A DNA stretch of 64,000 nucleotides from the human T2T-CHM13v2.0 reference genome, Homo sapiens, in the NCBI RefSeq assembly GCF_009914755.1, contig NC_060932.1. The stretch is one strand, 5' to 3'. Both the position numbers and the translations under genes were made by a program. Below the pieces are notes generated by a model. That model worked only from the letters and a program-made list of their open reading frames with translations. It was not told where the DNA came from and ran no database searches. Below are positions 53,579 to 64,000 of this stretch, one piece after another (position 1 is the first letter of the stretch; every line of letters begins with the position of its first letter).

Positions 53579-54095
53579 ATGTCAGATGGCTGCAAATATT
53601 TTGTCATAGCCTTTCTCCCTACCTCTCATTGAGAGATGGGGTCTTTTTTCTCCCTCCTGCTTCCTTGAATCTGGGACAGGCCTGAGACTTCTTGGACCAA
53701 CAGCATATGACAGAAATTTCTTTGTGTCTGTTCTGGGCTTAATCTTTAGGAGGACTGGAAACTTCTGTTTCTTCCTCCTTTGAACCTAGTCGCCATGCTG
53801 TGAATAAGCCATGACGCAACATGGACAGGCCCACATGGAGGGCAACTGAGGTTATTCCAAATATCAGCAGCCACCGCAGCTGAACAAGCAGCCAACTGCC
53901 TGTGCTAACATGCTAGCCATTTCAGTGAAACATCTTGGATGTGGATCCTCAGTCCCCAATGATAGTATGTATGGAAAAAATAAGAGGTCCCTGCTAAGCC
54001 TTGCCCAAATTGCAAAATCATGAGCAAATAATAATTGTTGTTTTGAGCCTCTCCAGTATGGGGTGGCTTGCCATGCAGCAGATCATCAAAATTCA
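53579..54095 (+). mobile_element. MLT1 (F/G/H-like) MaLR LTR
   Basis: cattgagagatggggtct...ccttgaatctggg...ggcccacatggagggcaactgagg...cccaaattgcaaaatcatgagcaaata. Confidence 0.85.
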
Positions 54096-55579
54096 CTACC
54101 CTGTTAATTTTCACAGATGCTCTGAGCAAGACTTGTTCTAGAATCCCAAAGAGCAGAACCTGGAAGACAGCCTAGATCTGCTGACTCCTGAACTGAAACT
54201 CTTGCATGATTATTCTACACACTGAAGTTATTAAGGGCTAAGCAAGGCTTATGGAGCTCCTAAAGTCTTATTCCTTAGCCCTCATAGGACTATATCATGA
54301 GATGAAGTCTAGGTCAATTCTGGTCGGTTCAGGAAAGCTACAGAATTAAAAAAACATTCAAGAGAAAAAAAGTTTCAGCACAGCACACCCACCTATTGAC
54401 CACACCCCAACTTCCCATAAACACACAAGGTCTTGTACCCTACTTGGAAATTGAGAGTAGAGTTCATGAGTTTGATGCAAATATACTTGTGATACTGTCA
54501 AGCTTTTTTAGATTATCTGTTGGTGGTCCCAAGAAATAATATCATAGTGGAAACAAGCATGAATCACTGTGGATTGATTGATCTCAGTCATAGGTTATTC
54601 AGAATGGCATCCGAAGAAGAAACAGAATATCGTGTCGATAGAATAAAATACAGGGACTAGAATCAGTCCTTTTCTTCTGACAGGAAGGTTCCATATGGAG
54701 GCAGAAATCTGGTTAACTACAATGTCACTTTAGACAGACACCAAGTGTATTTCACACTGTTGTTCACCTTCTATGTCAGGATGTCAAGACCTTTTGTTTC
54801 AACATGCAGCAGCCTGCATGCCCAGGTTATGGTTTCTGCAGCATGTTAGCTGATGGTCATAGTGTGTGCCCTTGGTAGTGTCATCTACACCAAAAGAGGC
54901 AACACTGTCAAGCTTTTCATCTTGTAGTGTGATGTTCAGCTAAAGAGGCTTAAGGAAATATATCTATATCTTCTTTTTCTCAAGAAAATTCCAAATATCA
55001 CTGAAGCAGGAAGCATTTTCACAGGCATGTATGCAAGATGCTATTTACTGTGGGTATAGATGTTAGAAACTTAGTGTTTAATTTAATTTGGAAATCAGAA
55101 GGTAGGGGAAAGTCATTTAAGTTAACTTAGTGTTGAATTCAATACAAATAACTGTTGTTTATCTTTGCTTTAAAGCTATAATACTCATGAAATTGTAATT
55201 CTTTCCCAGGACTTGCTGGCTGATGACAAAGCTCTTGTTTCCTACAGAAATCAGTGGCTTAGGAGAGGGTGCCTTAGAGCGCATGGATGTAATAAACTAG
55301 AAAGGAGAATAAAGTGCAGTGGCACAATGGCTGGAGGTGAAGGCAGAGGTTAGATAGGACCAATCCTCAGACCGAAGGTTAAACAAGGGGGCTAAGCTGC
55401 TACTGCAGTTGTTACACGTTAGGAGAATTTACTTGCAGCACTATTTAAAAATCTGAATAAGAATATTTAAGCTAGAGGAATATAGACATGAAAAAATATA
55501 TTATTTTCTTTATAAATCAAGTTAAGGACAAATCCCTCTATTTGAAATGTTAGGCTCTGGCAATTTTAATAATCTAAAA

Positions 55580-55798
55580 CAAGTATTGGCAAACTATAGC
55601 CCCTGTAGGACAAATCCAGCCCACTCCTGTTTCTGAAAATAAAGTTTTATTGGATCACAGCCACACCCATTTGTTTACGTATTGTCTTATAGCTGCTTTC
55701 AAAACAACAGAAGAGCTGCATAGTTATAGAGATCATATAACTCACAAACTCCAAAATATTTACCATCTGGTTATTTACAAAAAAGTTTGCCAACCCCT
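55580..55798 (+). mobile_element. MER58A hAT-Charlie element
   Basis: ttggcaaactatagccc...aaataaagttttattggatcacagccacacccatttgtttacgtattgtc...aaagtttgccaacccct. Confidence 0.92.
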
Positions 55799-55899
55799 AT
55801 AAAATAAATGTAATATCAAAAATAAATCTAAATGTTAGTGAAAAAGCTTTGAGAATTTTATTATACATTGCAAGAAAAATAGTTGTCATTGAGTGCTTT

Positions 55900-56981
<1,082 letters not shown>

Positions 56982-57351
56982 TTAATCTTTACTCAGAACA
57001 AGTTCTGTGAAGTAAGTAGCAGCATAGAAGTAGCCAAGACCTACAGATAATATCAATTACTAGTAGTTGGTAGAGAAGTGAAGAAACAGAAAAAATACAA
57101 CATTACAGCAGTCCAGGGCTATTTAGGGTAGGGATATGAGTATCATAGCATAATAAATAACTGATGTGCATAATGATAGATTTTGGAAATCTAGGTGCTT
57201 AAAACAGTAAGTTTCAGCAATCTGGAAAACTCTTAAGTAATAAAGCTTATTCTCAACATTTCTTGACAATGAAAATATTAGCTGTGTATGAATGTGGTGT
57301 GAGATTTCAGGAAACTGCTAATGTGACTTTGTGTGCATAACATGTTTCTGA

Positions 57352-57733
<382 letters not shown>

Positions 57734-57749
57734 TGGTCTCTAACTTTCT

Positions 57750-58400
57750 ACTTTCTGCTCCCATCTATTCAAAACACTTTTACCAGATCAGTATCCCTAC
57801 AAAACCTGTCTTGCTCATCAGCACATACCAAATGAATATCAGTATGGGTGAGGGATTGTGCTAGATTCTGAGGAAGATTCAGAACTGGGTAAGGGAGTTT
57901 TTGTCCATAAAGTGCTTGAAATATTTGGAAGAAAAGACAATATCTTTACAGAAAAATAATTAACAGTATAAGGTATTTGTTGATTCAGAAAAAGAAAAAA
58001 GGTTAACTAGATTTTATAAAGGGAGTGATTGCTATTGCATGGACTAGTCCTGGAGAGGGTGGAATTTGAATCAGGCCTTGAAAGAGAGGAGAAAAAAAGG
58101 AGAAAGGGTATTTTAGAAAGTTAGTGATGCCCATCTGTATTCAAAAACCTCCTGTGGCTCCACATTTCTTAAAGGATAAATTCAATTGTACAAGGCTATG
58201 TCCAAGGCTCTCCATAATCTTTATCCAACCATCTGCACCCTCCATAATGCCCTTCACAAATCAGCTCTCCCGATTTTTCTTAGTGCCTTATTGACTCTGA
58301 TTTCTGGATGTGCTGTTCCTAATACTTAGAAAAGCTTTCTGTCCTCTGTGCTAATCCCAATCCTGCCTGTTATTTGAGGTCCAAATTCTCCATGGTGCCT
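57750..58400. mobile_element. L2 fragments in both orientations
   Basis: ctcccatctattc...taccagatcagtatccc; gagggtggaatttgaatcaggccttgaaag; ttcaaaaacctcctgtggctcc. Confidence 0.6.
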
Positions 58401-58667
58401 CACCATGGGCCTCTCTATTCCAGTGCTTGGTCACATGTGGTCCTACTGCACCTGACTAGCATGCAGCTCACACCAAGTATAGCTCACAGCCCAAGTTCTG
58501 CAACACCCAAGTTGGTCTGTACTCAAGAAGACAAGTATACTGATTACAGCCTTGGATATTAAATTGCTATGAGGGCTTAAACTCTTATTATCAAGTTATT
58601 TATCTATCCCATTGTGGATCAGTAATAAACAATTCACAGCATGGTACTGGTACTCAGATCACACTTT

Positions 58668-59233
58668 ACTATTATTTTCCATTTTTATTTTTAATTGACA
58701 AATAATTGTATATATTTATGGGAATGCAATGTAATATTTTGATATATATATAATTGTGAGATGAGTAAATCAAGCTAATTAACATATCCATCACCTTACA
58801 CATTTGCTTTTTGTGCTGAGAACATTTAAAATCTATTCTTTTATACATTTTGGATATGCAACCATCTATTATTAACTATAATCACCATGCTGTGCAACAG
58901 ATTTCAAAAACTTATTCCTCCTAACTTTATATCCTTTGACCAACATCTCCCCACCCCCACCCCTGCCATCCCCAGCCCCTAGCAACCACCATTCTACTCT
59001 CTGCTATGAGTTCAACATTTTTAGATTCCACTTATAAGCAAGAACGTGTGGTATTTGTCTTTCGATGCTGGGCTTATTTCACTTAGCATAACATACTCCA
59101 GGTTCATCTATGTTATTGCAAATGACAGTGTCTCCTTTTTTATGGCTCAATAGTATCCCATTGTGTATATATACCACATTTTTTTAAAATCAATTTTTCC
59201 ATTGGTAGACACTTAGCTTGATTCCATATCTTG
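58668..59233 (-). mobile_element. L1MA (about MA6-8) 3' end inserted in a MER5-like element
   Basis: ttaattgacaaataattgtatatattt...aatcaagctaattaacatatccatcacc; TSD-like tcagatcacacttt / tcagcccacacttt. Confidence 0.9.
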
Positions 59234-59317
59234 TCAGCCCACACTTTGAATAGTGTTCATCTAGTTGACCTTCATCTCCTCTTTCCATGAATCCTAAAGC
59301 ACTTACCGTCTATTTTA

Positions 59318-59603
59318 GGGGCTGAAAACTAGTGGTCAGTAGGCCAAATTTGAATAATTACCAACATTTAATAATTGGGAGATTTATAGTTCTCTGAAAA
59401 ATTGGCAGTTGTAACATCATTGTCTCACACTCTCTAAAGCAACAATAGGCTGGAGCTGAGCAAAGCTGCCCCTTTAGATGTGGCATGAACTGTCTGGGTC
59501 TCCGCTGCCCCCAACATCCTTTCTACTGTTCACAGGCCAGCTCACCTCACCTCACTCTTTTTTTACGTTTGCCTGAACCTTGTAGGCATCTGTGTTGCCC
59601 ATA
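59318..59603. mobile_element. MER102-like hAT-Charlie element
   Basis: ggggctgaaaactagtgg...gcaacaataggctggagctgag...ctgcccctttagatg...cttgtaggcatctgtgttg. Confidence 0.75.
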
Positions 59604-59619
59604 CACGTCTATGACGTGC

Positions 59620-59822
59620 ATTTTGCCATTTTAGCTATTTTATTATATACTCGAATTGCTTGCTGTGTGGTTTGCCTTCTGTTCACATCTAGACGCAAAT
59701 TCCTAGAGGAGAGAGACTATGCCCTGTGTGTTTTCCTGGTTTATCTCAGTAGACAGCACAGAGCTATATCAACAATTATCAAATGCTTGATAAATACCTT
59801 TTAAATAACAGAATGAACAAAT
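59620..59822 (+). mobile_element. L2 3' end
   Basis: ctagacgcaaattcctagaggagagagactatgcc...aaatgcttgataaatac. Confidence 0.6.
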
Positions 59823-59898
59823 GACCTATTCCATCTAGGTTATAAATCTAAAGTACAAATCCTAAATTGAACATATGAGGTAATTTTACGAACACCCT

Positions 59899-60408
59899 TG
59901 GGTGGATTAAAGGTAGCTACAAATTCTTTCATATCACCTCCCAGTGAGAGATGGGGGTCTATTATCCCTCCCTTTGAGTGGAGGTTGGCCTCTGACTGCT
60001 TTGACCAGGAGAATGATGGAATGATGCTATGCCAGTTCTGGGCCTGGCCTGTCAGAGAATTGTCAGCTTGCATTTGATCTGTTGAGAAGCTCTACTACCC
60101 TTCTGGAGAGACCACATGGAGACATCCTGACAATATATGGAGATAGGGAGAGGCCAGCTGAGCCAGGTCTTGCAGCCATCCCTGCCAAGGCACCAGGAAG
60201 GTGAGTAAAGTTGTCTTGGACCAGTCCTGACACCAGCTTAATATCACATAGGAGCCACAGGCAATGCCATGTGAAGCTGGAGAGTTGCTCAGCTGAGCTC
60301 TGCCCCAACGTGCAACTCTCAACATTGTGAGATATAATAAAACAGTTGTTATGTTAAGCCACTAAGTTTTTGAGGTAGTTCATTACACAGTAATGGATGA
60401 AACAGAAT
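59899..60408 (+). mobile_element. MLT1G/H-like MaLR LTR
   Basis: gtggattaaaggtagctacaaattcttt...gagagatggggtctat...tgactgctttgacc...ttaagccactaagtttttgaggtagtt. Confidence 0.88.
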
Positions 60409-61729
60409 TTATCCCTGAGTTTCCACTGTTTACCTGAATGATATCCTTATTATGAACATTCAAGTACGTATTACTCTTGTTAAAGCTATGGCTTACACTG
60501 AAAATGGTAATGCTTGCCTGGAGTTCTGGATAAATGGTTGAGGCTGTTCTTGAATGGTGGGACCAACCTGGGAGTTCTGTGTCTAGGACTGAGAGAATCA
60601 GTATCTCTCGGCACACAACAGTGTGAGTGAACCTTTTGGTGTGTACAGTTCCATCGTCGTGCTATTCAGGAATGGACGTGGTGAATAGTGTTCTCTACAG
60701 CAATTCTGCTGGGTTATTTTTTAAATTTTATTTTCCACTTTACAAAGATATATCTATCCACTATTTAAATCGACATAAATAATCTGGCCATGATTCTGTA
60801 TTTTATGACTTCTGTGACTGTTAGGTTTTAGAATAGGAAATGTGACAGTCTCTAAGAAATGATCATTTCAGTTGCCAGATCCTAGGAATCTATAGGCCCT
60901 TTAAAGAAACGTACATTTTAAGTAACACCTTACCTCCTTCCCAAGAATTTAGTTAATCACTACATTTTTCTTCTATCATTCCTATCATGTTATAAAATCA
61001 GTTTCTCAAAAAGCTGTTCTCATTATTCTCATGTGTTTCTCAATTTCTTGTTACAAACCCTAGGAGTCAGTTGCTAAAAATCATGATTCAAGCCACTTTA
61101 GCAGAGAAACAAGATCTAGACTTGGCCAAGCTTGGAACAGCAACGGAAACAGACTTGACAGTTTCTTCATTAATTCCTGATGCTTTACAAACATTAAAAA
61201 CAAAAACAAAAATAAAAAACAAACACATCAAGGCCTTCCCAAAGAACACATTTTCCATATTTTGATATGGTCACTTTGTAATCATTGAACCAGTGATTAT
61301 GCAAATAGGCAAAACCTGTCCTTGTGCCAACTGCCTGAGAGATCTAAAAGGCAGGAGGGGTGGGGGACATATTGTCCATTGAGATGAGAAGACGTGTGGT
61401 GGAATACGAAGATATGAAGGCCTCTGGAATTATTTGCGTATGATTTCTAAAAAAAAAATAACTACGGGGAAAACTTCTTGAAGTTAAATTAGGATGAAAG
61501 GAGTGCCTATGAGAAATTAGATATTCATAGTGAAAAGAAATAAGGGATCAAAATATTTTTGTCTCGTCTATTAGTATTTACGGTCTGGCTCTATGCAATA
61601 AAATAAATAGAAATTCAAACCTCTATTAATTAAAACGATCTCTCCCCAAAAGTGGTTCAAAATCTGAGGGATGGGGGTGGGATGAAAGGAAAAAGTAAGT
61701 AATCAGATTACAGTGGGAGAAGTGCTACG

Positions 61730-62727
61730 TTAGTAGTGTGGAAAACGTGTTGGAAACCGTGAGGAATAATTAATCACATCCAGAGAGTGAGTGGGAGGGG
61801 TCATTTCAGCTCAGCCTGAAGCGTGAGTAGGCTATTTCCTTGTATTGCTAGAGGGACTGCATTTCTGGACGTGAGTTTTGTTTAAGCCAAGATGTGGAAG
61901 AATGAAAGAACAGATCTGTTTCTGGAATGGTAAGAAGTAAAAAATAAATAAATAAATAAAAGGATCAGCTATGGCTTAGTCATAGGATGAGTTAATTGAG
62001 TGAGGGGTGGGAGAGAGATGGGGTTGTAGTGGCTTGCAACCTAATCTAGTGTTTGGAGCCAGATCATGAAGAGACAGGTATACCAGGCTAATGGGTTTGG
62101 ATTTTATCATGCAGGCAGTGGGCATTTAGGAAAGTTTCATAGCAGAGGGTGTGCCACGGTCATAGTTATGGTTTAGAAATCTTGCTCCATACTGGTTCTG
62201 CAGGTAGGGGATTATATGGCTTGCCTTGCGGCAATTGTCAGAGTTGCCGTTTTTACATTCGTTGGGGTGATTATTTGATTAATACTTAATTGAGACCACA
62301 GCACCATGAAAATAAGATCCATGTTTCGCTTTTTGCTCAGAACAGTCTCCCTCGCACCAAGCACAGTTCCTGGAACAGAGAAGAACTTCAGTGATGATTT
62401 GGTGAATGAGTTAAACTACTGAATATTCATGTGGGCCACATAAGTGGTAATGAAGGCCCGAATCATGGCAGTACCAGTGACAGCAATTAAGAGGGAAGAC
62501 GTTTTTGTTTGACATCTAAAAAAGAAAATCCTGGGTTGGCTCTAAGACAGGTGGCAGGAGAAAAGACAGGAGGACCTCAAGTTTCTAGGGTGGGTAATTA
62601 AGGGAAGGGCAGTTATTAAATCAGCAGGGAAAGCAAGAGGAGGAGGACTGGGTTTTTTTCAAGAGCAGAAGATAAAAATTTGGTGTTGGATATGTATTAT
62701 AGATGCCTGCAGGACATCCATGTGGGC
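61730..62727. mobile_element. L2 fragments (mostly -, with one + 3' end at about 62240-62415)
   Basis: gagccagatcatgaagag...ccaggctaatgggtttggattttatc; ccaagcacagttcctggaacaga; gatgcctgcaggacatcca. Confidence 0.65.
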
Positions 62728-62924
62728 AGGAGGCAGAATGTCATAGTGGAAAGAACAAAGCAGCAGAGGACCTTGGATTTGGGCTTTGTCATTTACCAGC
62801 TATGTGACCTAGAGTGTCATGAACCTCTGTGAAGTCAGATTTCTAATTTAGAAAGTGGAGATAAGAATCTCTGCCATAATTACCTCAGAATGATTTTATA
62901 ATAATCTAAAATTTAAAAATGTGT
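62728..62924 (+). mobile_element. MIR SINE
   Basis: atagtggaaagaaca...gtcatttaccagctatgtgacct...gaacctctgtgaagtcagatttct. Confidence 0.85.
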
Positions 62925-62934
62925 GAGGAAGTGC

Positions 62935-63235
<301 letters not shown>

Positions 63236-64000
63236 GAGGAAGTGCATTTTAAAGTGCACAGAGCTCTTGGTGGACTCCCAGTTATGATCATAATCACTGC
63301 ACTGAATGTGATGCATCCCTCAGCAGAGCATGGGACAGGTCAAATCCAGATCACAGGTTTAATGCACAGGGGCCATCTGACTTGTCAAAACTACAGGTAA
63401 GTCTCCACTTTGGGCCAGCAGCCTCGAGAATGGGTATGACAGTAGAGTAGACTAGACTTATCATCAGAAATAGAAAAATGTCTCTAAGTCTTCTACTAAG
63501 AGTTACATATTCCAGCTTAAGCAGAATGAGAGATATTAATATGAGGGTTAGGAGGTGTGCTCTGTTGCTGATGATGTAAAAACAACTTATGCTCAAATAA
63601 ATATCTTCTCTTGACAGCCTCTGGAGTCTTTCTTCTTTTCTGAAAGCCAAACACAAACCCTTTTATCTTAATACACTCTTACTTCTAGAGTTGTCACTTT
63701 CTTTTTCAGCTTTCATCCAAGACTTCTCTCCTATACATTAGGCCCACGGATTCAATGCCTCATTCAAAGTCACACTAAGTCACTCCCATGCTATCTCCTG
63801 TAGCATCTGGGTTTTCCCTAGAAGACACTGACTCACTGAGCAACCATGAGCCAAAAACATCTTAGCATTTCGACTTCTGGTCAGTTCTAATGTTCTGTAG
63901 GAGTATGGTGGATAGAAACAGAACAATTCAGTTGATTGATTTCAAGATTTCTAAAACCAATAATCACAGTGACCCTGCCCTGATGGGGAGGTAGACTTGT

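Overview
This is primate genomic DNA, most likely human or great ape: it carries AluY and an L1PA2-type insertion. It is AT-rich and, as far as I can see, non-coding (intergenic or deep intronic). I cannot identify the locus. No supplied ORF is a credible cellular protein: the longer ones are translations of Alu, L1, LTR or low-complexity sequence, and the rest match nothing I recognise. A large share of the window is recognisable interspersed repeats. These include Alus (FAM, FLAM, AluJ, AluS, AluY), L1 fragments from L1M to L1PA2, L2, MIR, MaLR/ERVL/ERV1 solo LTRs, and hAT and Tc1/mariner-type DNA transposon relics. Many have readable target-site duplications (TSDs). About 1-26 kb is densely nested with repeats, about 26-39 kb has no Alu or young L1, and 39-64 kb is mixed. 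I did not find a convincing undescribed biological system. The strongest unexplained signals are a 64-bp near-perfect duplication 2.3 kb apart, a 38-bp palindrome with paired TEAD-like sites, a CpG-retaining AT-rich patch near 61-62 kb, candidate + strand exons in the repeat-poor block, and a few transcription-factor motif clusters. Repeat subfamilies are called by eye from remembered consensus sequences, and boundaries without a TSD are approximate.
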